NCBI GenBank assembly: GCA_964016885.1
Contig: OZ024740.1
Location: 174,840,001 to 174,904,000 of the forward strand
Length of the DNA stretch: 64,000 nucleotides
Source: Eledone cirrhosa
Taxonomy: Eukaryota
Direction of reading: 5' to 3'
Positions within the stretch are counted from its first letter, which is position 1; the number at the start of each line of letters is the position of its first letter. The position numbers and the translations under genes are program-made. Shown in pieces: positions 47,601-57,932 of the stretch. Below the pieces are notes generated by a model, which saw only the letters and a list, made by a program, of their open reading frames with translations, was not told the origin of the DNA and ran no database searches.

Positions 47601-50600
47601 TGTTTGATCAACAGGACAATCTATTTGTAAAATTAATGTACAAGTGACTGAGCATTCCACATAGTTCTCAGGAAGATTCCCCATGGTGCCATGTATGACA
47701 AAGCTTGCTCTTTAAATTACCGGCTCAACTCACTTTTGTCAACTGAATGAACTGGAGCAATGTGAAATAAAGTGTCTTGCTCAAGACACACAGGAAATCA
47801 AACTCATAGCCACTCATAGTCATGAGTAAAAGAACCTAACCACTAAGTCAGGAACATTTCCAATATTAGAATAACACAAATTAACCCTGCCTATTTCTAC
47901 AATGCAAAGCGGTTATTCTAAATTGTTTATAATTATCTAAAAACCATCCATCATAATTTTATGGTAGAACCTTTATGTTCGAAACACCAGCTTAAAAATG
48001 AGAAATTTAGTTATATTAATAAATCCCTTAAAATATTTTTATTATTTTCAAAATTATTTAACCCTTTAATGTTCAAACCGGCCAAAACCGGCCAGAATTC
48101 TCTACCTCTTTCTGTTGAAACTGGCTGTAACTGGTCACTCAAACTGATGCTAAGGTATTGTTCTCAAAATAAATACTTTCAAAATCTCATAGATTCGATA
48201 TTATGTGAGGTAAAGCCTTTACCATGAAAATATAATAGTATATATAGAGTAATGTGAATGCTAAAGGGTTAAAAATACTAGACAGTGTCTTTTATTAGAA
48301 GTAGGGTAAAGAAAGGTTTTAATAAACCTCCTGCATGTAGTGAAGCAACAGACAACTTGATAAATCCAAAAATGAGGTGAGTGGCTTAATTTCAGTGAAG
48401 ATAGGCTTGGAGATTGGTGGTTAAGATGGTTTCACAATCACAAAGGTTGTAGATTCAATCCCCAAGCCAGATGATGCATTGTGTTCTTCAGAATGACACA
48501 TCATTTAACAGGCCACTCAGCTGAAAATGACTACTAGCAGTAGCTGGGAGGTTAACCCTGTGACAGACTACCATCTTGTTTTGTACTCTTAGTCACTTAA
48601 CACATGAACTGGGATAAACTTTGGCCTTTATCCAACTCATCCCAGCATGGAAAAGTGGAGATAAAACTGATGATGATGACAACAAAATATCAAGATAACA
48701 TTGAACCTTCAACATAAAATTGAATTGCAATAATATGGTTGTATCACATAGGAGGAGGTTTCTTGGATGTTTTTATGATAAGGGCCCATTTTATCGTGTC
48801 AACATTGTTCTGGTATAAGGATGCAGAATTTGAACTCTGAATGCACAAAGCTGGAACAGATACTTCATGCCCCTCGTTGGATGTTCTAACAATTCCACCA
48901 ATCCAACACCTTGGACCAGTAATATATTTATTGAATGCAAAAAGATGAAATGCAAAGTTGACCTCAGAGAGAAATAAACTCAGAGCTGAGTGAGGTGGAA
49001 ACAATGCTGCAAGTCATATCCAATGCTTTGAGAACTCTGTCAATTTACCATCTATCATTCATAATTTAACAGATCATTAACCCATAATTCTTTAAAAATG
49101 ACTGAACTAATCTATTGGACCACCAATTTTGTTACAGAAATAACAAAGTTATTTAGTTTCTATATCGATATTCAGACACTTTATATTTTACCCCTTTTAT
49201 TGCTATATTTCTAATAAAGGACATTGCTTATAGCCTTCAAATCATTTAGAAAACAGTGAAAAATTGAAGAGAATTTAGTAAAATAACAAACTTAATCATT
49301 ACTAAGCTAGTGTTTGGAGAACAACTTAATAAAGATTCGTACATAAGATTATGATAGATCGTTTTTAGATAAATACTTTAAAGGACTTTGTATTGCAAAA
49401 CAAATGGTGGCTTCAGACAGTTTGAAACATGAAAGGATTAAAAAATAACACCTTCATTTTTTCAGTATAGAAGCATCAGTAAGCTTTGTTTCCTAAATGT
49501 TCATTATTTTTAAAATGACAAAGGCAAAGCTCCTTCACAACCCTTTGTGTCTGATGAAGCCAATGCAGTTGATTTTCTTGTTTTGTACAATAGCAAGTCA
49601 ACAACAGCAGGAAGAAGATGGGCAAGGAAGGTATTCCAGAAAGCTGACATTCTGGGTGGAACAGGATTCAGCATTATGGTTAGTGTCATAGAGGGATAAA
49701 CAAGAGGAAAGAAAAATGAGTCACATCAAACAGGGTAGAAGTTGAATAATATGAAACAGACCCATGGAGCAGAAGGCAGTGTAGTGGCAATAGTAAAAGT
49801 AGACTGATGCAAGTTGACAGTATGTCTGTGGGCTAGAGGTTAGAGATTGTTAGTGAACAATTCAATGCCAATCAATCAGGTTTTAAGTGAATTCCAATCT
49901 GTCCAAAACTAGTAACAGTTGGAGTCATAGTTGTAAAATACACATTATAAAATGTTTGTGTGAGAATTCGATATTATTATGACATCCACCTGCAGAGGTT
50001 AAACTGACCTCATCCTGAGATAATAACTCATATGAGGCTTCTTGGAGGTCTTAATGATAAGAGCTTCAGTTCTATCAAGTCACCAGTTTTCTAGTGACAG
50101 AAAGTGAGTTTTGAACTCAGAATACACAGGGCCAGAGCAGATACTGCATCAATACACTGATCTACATTGGTACAATATTTATCAACTCCAAAAATATGAA
50201 AGGCTAAGTTGACCTCAGCAGGATTTGAACTCAGAGAGCCAGAATGATACTGAAAGGCATCTATTGTTCAATGTTTTATAATAAATATTCATAGCAGAGT
50301 TATAACTCTGCTATAAACATTTATTATAAAACATTGAAAAATATTGACATTACAAAATTTATAAAGGTCATTTGGTAGAATATTATCAGATGATATAACT
50401 GTTAATACAGTCAAACTTTATGGTTAACAACAGATCAGAATGACAGAAAGCCCGACTTTCCACGGGCACAGGCCAAAGTTGAAGCGCATACATACAATAT
50501 GCCGCCACCCCACCCTACCCGTGAAGGTGTCACGACAAAAAACACCCAGCCCACACTGTAAAGTGGTTGTGTAGGTGTCGCGACAAAAAAAAAACCCAGC

Positions 50601-52311
50601 CCACACTGTAAAGTGGTTGTGTAGACAAAAAGCACCAGTCCACACTGTAAAGTGGTCGTGTAGGTATCACGACAAAAAGCATCCAGTACTCACTGTAAAT
50701 GAGATTGGTATTAGGAAGGGCATCCAGCTATAGAAACCAACCCCAAATCAGTTCTGTATGAGCAAGGCATGGTAACCTGACCTAGCATTGCCCAAAACAG
50801 GACAACTCATCTAACCAATGCTTGCATGGAAAAATAGATGTAAAAGGGTGATGATGATGATACATAAGACATACTTCCTATAGTTTCCATCAACAACATT
50901 CCCTAACAAGATTTTGATCAACCCAGGGCTTGAGTAGAAGACACTTCCTTAAGATGCCACACAGTGGGACTAACTCCAAAACCACATGGTTCTGAAGCAA
51001 ACTTCTTAATCACACAGCATGCCAGTACCTTTAAAACAATTAGATTAATGAAGCAACAGCATAACTAGTGTGTGTGAGTGTGAGTATATTCTATCAAATT
51101 ACCATTCCAGAAACTATAATGATTACAATACAGTTTGACAAAAAAAAAAAAAAAAAAAAAAAATTGGGAAAATCCCAAGAATATTAATCCACTAAACACC
51201 TTACCGATTTCTTTGTTTTATTAACCCCTTTGAGACCTTCCTTAGTTCTATGATACAAAACTGTCCATTTTAATATGTTTATATTGAACCTTGATATATA
51301 TTTACATTCAAAAAAAAAAAACCTGAGGTTAGCTTTCAAGCACAAGTTTAATGATGACAAATGTATTTTACAAACCCACTCAACATTCTTAGCTATTTTT
51401 AAAATGAAATGAAACACAGCATAATATGATCACAAAAGAGTTGAAGAATAAATATTATAAAGTTTTCAGAAAATATGTTCATCTATTCCAGACAAACAAC
51501 CAACTAGAATGTCAATGTTTGTGAGCACAAAATAAAAAAGAATATCTATATATATAAAACTGAGGATGTCTGTCTGTGTGTGTGTGAGTTTGAATCCCTA
51601 AAACTCGAGAAGTATCCAACCGATTTTTTTCAAACTTTACATGTGTATTACCTATGTTTCATACCGTGAACAAAGAAAATCCAACTTTTTTATGGCCTAG
51701 GGCCCGCATTAGGTGAAAAACTTCATTTTTTCAGATTGTTAGGGCTTTTTGGAGGCGTTACGTCTAGCCAATTTTCCCGAAATTTCAAGGCATAATGCAC
51801 AAAAAAAATTTTTTTTTCTTGATCCCCTAGAGCCCCGCATTATGTGAAAACCTGCATTTTTCCTACTTCATTGAGAAAAATCTTAAAGATTATCCAGCCA
51901 TCAGAGTATTCGATTTATTTTCTTTACATATTGTCCAGGCATGCAGTTTTTTCACGATTAGGTCTGCTGGCGGCCCACGTTCCAAAATACCTTATCCCGT
52001 GCAACGCCGGGTTTAAAATAAAAGCAAACAACTTGAAAATTACCATAACATAATATAAATAATAATATTTAATAATATGGGGGAAAAATCTCACTTACAT
52101 ACAAACTATGACTAAACCAATGAACACAAATAAATAATTGCTTTGGAAATCTTCAATGTTTTTCATTGTGTATTTGGGTACCTCAGCAAGATTCTTAGGA
52201 ATTCGAAATTTAGATGTGTTCAGGAACTCACTCCATGGTTTAATAGTTTCTCGTTTCTTCTGGAACCATTCTCGTGTAGCAATGCTTGACAATGTCACTG
52301 ACATCTTTGAC
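41566..52311 (-). CDS. RABAC1: PRA1 family protein / prenylated Rab acceptor 1
   Basis: In-phase GT-AG exons 52311-52099 (REWFQKKRETIKPWSEF...FQSNY), 47414-47317 (TSPLLLIALAACLGACY), 44069-43968 (FPLFWVAGAGSAVFWVIG), 41657-41566 (ASFFVVGLHA...DLEMEAV-stop). Matches PRA1 hallmarks (RPW/KPW, NY, GAGSAVFW, HA, acidic C-tail ending in V). Start uncertain: ATG at 52304 or an unlocated upstream exon. Confidence 0.93.
43968..44069 (-). CDS. RABAC1: PRA1 exon (HELSVGQQY...AVFWVI)
   Basis: ttacag acceptor, gtatgt donor. Confidence 0.92.
44640..45440 (-). mobile_element. Decayed RNase H-containing non-LTR retrotransposon fragment
   Basis: WVCYTDRAHSNKGAGCG ... SIFDAEWWGI resembles the YTDGS...G.G and SVF.AE..AI motifs of non-LTR RNase H. 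Confidence 0.55.
45460..45642 (-). mobile_element. 3' tip of Rex3/Expander-like RTE
   Basis: AKPTVKSPKGRPQFRWFDNIHELGWSHLGI, same family as 1-357. Confidence 0.7.
46757..47095 (+). mobile_element. tRNA-derived SINE
   Basis: tggcttagtggttag A-box, gagttctattcc B-box, ttgagtgagacacttt core. Confidence 0.7.
47317..47414 (-). CDS. RABAC1: PRA1 exon (LTSPLLL...RTIM)
   Basis: cttcag acceptor, gtatgt donor; phase matches neighbours. Confidence 0.92.
48058..48272. mobile_element. piggyBac-type MITE
   Basis: TTAA-ccctttaatgttca ... tgaatgctaaaggg-TTAA; sister of 30393-30609. Confidence 0.8.
50267..50338. repeat. 72-bp loopless palindrome
   Basis: ttcaatgttttataataaatattcatagcagagtta | taactctgctataaacatttattataaaacattgaa, 2 mismatches. 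Confidence 0.9.
50428..50861 (+). mobile_element. RTE 3' UTR-only insertion with ~4 stem-loop units
   Basis: cacactgtaaagtggttgtgtaggtgtcgcgac units, aggaagggcatccagc, (GAT)n tail. Confidence 0.85.
51545..52015 (+). mobile_element. Non-autonomous Helitron-like element
   Basis: 5' tctatatatataaaa followed by a (GTCT)/(GT) microsatellite; 3' GC-rich hairpin cccgtgcaacgccggg; terminal CTAG not evident. Confidence 0.6.
52099..52311 (-). CDS. RABAC1: PRA1 exon (REW...KPWSEF...QSNY)
   Basis: ttacag acceptor, gtaagt donor on - strand. Confidence 0.92.
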
Positions 52312-53248
52312 CTGTAATAATAAGAAAAGATAGTGTCTAGAAATGAAGACTTCTTAGATAACTTTTTGACAAAGATTTTATATAAATTTATGTTGAAACA
52401 TTTTGTATTTTTGTTGAGTTATATTTAGTATGTATGAATACAGCATAGCTTAATGTTTAAGAAGTTTGCTTTGCAATCATAAGGTTCTGAGTTCAATGCA
52501 TGGAGGCTTGGGCAAATATAATTTACTATAGCCTCAGGTTCACCTAAGTCTTGTGAGTAAAATCGTTCAGACAGAAACTGTTTTAAATTCATTGAATGGA
52601 CTATACCTAATTCAAAGGGCCGGCCTTGTCATGCTGAATCTCATTGAGAATTGTGTTAAGGGTACATATGTCTGTGGAATACTCAGCCATTTACACAATA
52701 ATTTTATGGGCAGGCTGTTCTGTTGATTGAATGACTGGAATACTCATTGTCAAAACTAATGAAGATCCATTTCATTTGAACTGATACAATCCATCCATTG
52801 AGTTTTCACACAGTTTCTATATACCTGGTTTCTGACCTGAGACTATGGTAAACAAAATTTAAGATTCCATATAGTAGGATCGAACATAGGACCTTCTGAT
52901 TATGAAACAAACCACTTAACCATTCAGTTATGCTGCAGCCACTTATAATTTATAGAAAAGGTTTGCAAAATCAATCTCCTTATAATATATAACCAGCAAT
53001 TTCTCTGTGTCTGTCCGACAGTGGAAACACGTGCGCGCGTGGTTGCTATCTCTCTCTCTCTCTCTCCAGCTATCCCTCTCTTTTAGTCCGTCTGTTTCTC
53101 TCACTCTTTCTCTTTGTAACACACTAACATTCCTCCCCTCTATCGCTGTGACGAATGGGGAGATGGAGGAGGAGGAGAGAGTCACTTCGTCACTTCACCT
53201 CTGCCTTTCTTTCTCTCCCCTCTCACTCCCTCATTACGTACAGACATT

Positions 53249-53432
53249 AGGACGGTGGATTGGCAGAATCTGTAGAGAGTCGGACACCATGCTTCATAGC
53301 ATGGAGTTACGTCCCTTTACGGTCTGAGTTCAAATACCGCCGAGGTTAACTTTGCCTTTCATCCTCACGGGGTCGATAAGTACCAGTAATGTACTGGTAT
53401 TTGCTGGCCTTGTGCCAAAAGTAGAAACAATT
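53249..53432 (+). mobile_element. Young SINE copy
   Basis: tggcagaatc...ctgagttcaaataccgccgagg...ttgcctttcatcc...ggccttgtgccaaaagtagaaac; sisters at 55406-55579 (+) and 55833-56025 (-). Confidence 0.75.
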
Positions 53433-53553
53433 ATTAGAAACATTGCTTCATTTTTACATATCTCAGCATTAGTAAAATAACTAATAATTTCAAAAGTAAT
53501 TTTTCAATTCCAATTGTTATGAACAGCAAAACATTAATAATAATTTTGTTCTA

Positions 53554-53807
53554 AGAAATATATATACATTTCTGTGTGTGTAATATATATATATATATAT
53601 ACACACAGAAATATATATACATTTCTGTGTGTGTAATATATATATATATACACAAAGAATATATATACATTTCTGTGTGTGTAATATATATATATATATA
53701 TACACACACAGAAATATATATATATACACAGAAATATATATACATTTCTGTGTGTGTAATATATATATATATACACACAGAAATATATATACATTTCTGT
53801 GTGTGTA

Positions 53808-53842
<35 letters not shown>

Positions 53843-53882
53843 GAAATATATATACATTTCTGTGTGTGTAATATATATATAT
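53554..53882. repeat. Minisatellite of hairpin-forming units separated by variable (TA)n
   Basis: ~6 copies of cacagaaat-atatatac-atttctgtgtgtgtaa(ta)n. Confidence 0.9.
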
Positions 53883-55088
53883 ACTAGCAGAAAACCACCC
53901 GATGGGCGGTTTTCTGCTAGTCATTATTATAAAAGAAGAGTTGTTTCTCTGTCTGTCTGTCCATCACATTTATATATAGGACTGTAGAAGGAATGAAAAG
54001 GGAAGCAACCCCTTTGTTAAGTTAAGAGGAGAGGGAGATAACTCATGTCATTCTTATAGTTTATTGCAAGCTTAAGAATTTACACAAATTAGAAGTAATA
54101 AGGTAGAGATCTGTAGGAGGAGGAGGAGGTGGTTGTGAGGAGCCTCCTGAATTTCTGAAGTATCTGCTCCTCCAAGATATATCAGAGGCACTGCACTTCA
54201 ATAAATACATCCAAAAATACATCATAAAGGGACATCTTAAAGTGTTTCAGCTATATTGATGCCAATACATATTTCAATTTATTACTTACTATCGATTTCT
54301 ATTTCCTGAAGTAGTACTATGTTATGTACTTCAAATGTACTTCATCATCACTATTTTACATCTATTTTTCATGTCTGCATGGGTTGTCAAGTTCTGAGGC
54401 AACACATGTCAGATGACTGTGTCTCATTTATATGTTTCATTCTGGCATGGTTTCTACAACTGGGTCTACTTCCTAAAACTAATCTCTTTACAGGATGTAC
54501 CAATGCATTTTATCGAGGTACTACCACTACTGCCTAACAGAGTGGATTGGGTGCTTTTTATCGTGATACTGCCACTACCATCTCACAGGGTAGATTGGGT
54601 ACTTTTTATCATGGCACCAGCACTACTTTTGCCAAATATATACAGTACACTTTAGAGTGTGTACTAAATGCATTTTACCAAGACACAAGCATTAAGAAGG
54701 TTGTCATGTTCCACAAGACTAAAGAGTCCTCAGTATGCTAGATTGTCTTCATTTATTCACAAACCACTTTACAGAGTTTACCATATGCAGTTTATTGTAA
54801 CACTAATACTAGAGAAAATGTCTTGTCTCTCACAAGACTAGAAAGTCCTATCTACTCTATGTTGTCTTTGTTCATTCAAGGCAAATGTGACCAAGAGTGA
54901 GAGGTGAAAGAAGAGAGAGAAAGAGAGTAGTAGACAGCTACATGCCTGTTGTTGGAAAGGAAATTGACTAGAAAAATAACATATGTGGTGTGATGGGGAA
55001 GAGGGGGTGATAGTAGACAGTGAAGTAAGGGGAGTAAGGGAAGAGAGGGAAAGTGATAAACATCAAAATAGTAATAGAGCAAGAAGTA

Positions 55089-55089
55089 A

Positions 55090-55163
<74 letters not shown>
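55089..55163. repeat. (GT)n(GA)n microsatellite
   Basis: Directly visible. Confidence 0.95.
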
Positions 55164-55169
<6 letters not shown>

Positions 55170-57932
55170 GGAGGGTAACAATAAAGATGGGAACACTAGA
55201 GACAGGAGGTGGTAAAACAAAGTGGTCAATGCCATTAAAAAGTGACCTGAAGGGGGGGGGGGGAGACAGAGTAAAGGCTATCTGTGGAAAGATAAAAAAA
55301 TACAGAGATATGATGCCAACTCTGATTATGCAGGTGTTGGAATGAAAGAGAGATATAGGGGGGGGGGGGGTATAAAGAGTGGTGATGGGGTGATTGAATA
55401 TAGATAGATCCAATAGGCACTGACGCCATACTTTCCAGCATAGTTACGTCCCTTTACGGTCTGAGTTCAATTTCCGTCGAGATTAACTTTGCCTTTCTTC
55501 CTTACGGGGTCAATAAAATAAAGTACCAGTAATGTACTGGGTATTTGCTGGCCTTGTGCCAAAAGTAGAAACAACTATTTTAACAACTGTTTTTCTATGC
55601 CTACATGTATGGGCAAGTCTTGTCCAGCATATGTCACCACTCATTGAGTTATTTGTCATCACCTTTATGATGTTCAGCTCCTTGAGATGGAGCTTCAACA
55701 CTCCCATGTCTTTTTAGACACCAGAACTGTTATTCATATTTATAAAATATAATTTCTCAAAGATAATCTTAAGTTATGTAGTACGTGTGTCTACACACTA
55801 ATTTATGCCAAGGTATCTATTATTTGGAATTAATAATTGTTTCTACTTTTGACACAAGGCCAGCAATTACCCAGCACATTACTGGCACTTTATTTTATTG
55901 ACCCCGTAAGGATGAAAGGCAAAGTTAACCTCGATGGGATTTGAACTCAGACCATAAAGGGACGTAACTATGCTGGAAAGCATGGCATCCGACCCTCTAC
56001 CGATACTGCCAATTCACTGCCATTTCGAATTAATAATGAATATATTAATCATTTAGTACATTTTGAAGGAGGGTACCCTTTAATTTTCTTTCTAAATGAT
56101 TCAAAGTTATATACGTATGGTTAAGAAGTTTCTTCACAACAATGTGGTTTTGGACTATCTCCCACTGTGTGACTACTTAGATGTCTTCTACTACAGCTCC
56201 AGTCACAAACAATACCACGAGTGAATTTAGTAGATGGAAACTGAACAAAGCCTGTCGTATGTGCATATGTTTGTGTTTGTCTCATCTCTTCACCCTCACT
56301 CAAGCACAGGCAGTGATATTTGTTTATGCTTTATGTAAACGAAGGTCCCACTGATCAATCGTAAGATATGTGAAGAACTGAATAAAAATGTGAGGACTGC
56401 CATCTGGAAAGGCATCCAGCCATAGAATTTTGCTTCAATGAGTCTCTTCCAACTCATGCCAGCATGGAAAAACAGACATAAAATTGATAATGATATCATG
56501 GCTGACTTGTTAATTTTACTTTTTATTTGGTTTGAGTCTCATGTAATGTAAAATGTTGGCTCTTTGTTAATTGATTCACACTTGTTAAAAGATTTTTAGA
56601 CGTTCAGTTTCACTTTTCTCTGAATAAACCTTTCCATTAGGCTGTTTTGAGATTCATCTATTAATCCATGAATATCTGGAGTTGTGGAGGTGCAGTCGTA
56701 ACATAGTGTGTCTTGAGCATATTTAACATTGTGAAGCCCATCCCTCTCCAGATGTGAACTCAGCCAATTTCTTCCAAAGAAAGAGAAGGAAAGGAAATAG
56801 GAAAGTGAATAAAAGACAAGGAAAATTGATCCAAGTATTTGAATGGTACTTTATCTAGCAACCTCGAAAGAGGATTTGAACTCAAAGTGTAGGGAGCTGG
56901 AATGTATACCGCAAAATGTATATCCAGCCCACACTGTAAAGTGGTCGTGTAGGAATCACAACAAAAGGCACCCAGCACACACTGTAAATGTGGTTGGCCA
57001 TTTTCAGGGGGGCAATTGTGAGCATCTTAGAGTTGAAAGAGAGAAAAACTGAGGAAAATAATTTTTTTCCCAGTGAAATAGATAGGGTCTATAAATTTAC
57101 CCCAACTAGGCTTAGCAAATTCTTTGAAGCCCTCAAATAATGGCATAGTTCTCTATTAAAGAGATAGTGAAATTTCCAGACGAAGAAAGGAAATCCAAAC
57201 GGATCGCAGTTTGCCTATGACTGATCTATACAGAAACAAATTTTGTTCTGCCATTTGTGCTTAGGTTTCGCTTTTCGAATTTCTGTCGGGAAATAGATTA
57301 TGTGTGAATAATAAAATGGCAATAAATATAAAAGGAAGTAATTATTATTTGAAACAACTAGTGGCTGTCTGAGCCAGAAAATTAACATTAGTTCATGTGC
57401 CGTACTGTATATGAAGAAACTCAACGTTATTTTCACGAGTGAAGGATAGAACGTATAAAATGTATTTGTGTCTGGAACCTCTTAAAGAGAAATAACTCAG
57501 TTAAAACAGTGATGTAAGTGGCAGCAGAGATGGCACTGACGATTGGTAAATGGAGAGAGAGAGAGAGGCGGGAGAGATTTAATAGAAGATAGAGAGAATG
57601 ATGACATTTATTTGTTATTAATACTAGCAGAAAAACCACCCCTCGGGTGGTTTTTCTGCTAGCATGTGTAGGGTGCATATTGATATTATATGCAAATATA
57701 TATGCATGTAGATATGAAACGTCAAATAAAATCGTAATTGACAATATGCACAGACATTAAAAAGAGACTGTGTTACACTCTCTTCTGCAATCAGTAAAGT
57801 AATCCATGATACATTTAAAAAAGACGATATTATATATAAACTGCATTACGGTGAAATGTTATGAAAACAAAAAAAGGAGAAAATTACTGACGGAAATCTA
57901 AAAGTTAAAGTGCAAATATATGAATGTTTATA

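Noticed and set aside
53517-53987. Overlapping YIYI/THTE-rich ORFs (also at 13268, 19515, 19909)
   Set aside because: Artefacts of (TA)n/(CA)n micro- and minisatellites
57101-57146. Short ATG-initiated exon candidate (MPLFEGFKEFAKPSW) as PRA1 coding exon 1
   Set aside because: Ends in phase 1, whereas the 52311 acceptor needs phase 2; the phase-2 frame contains TAG
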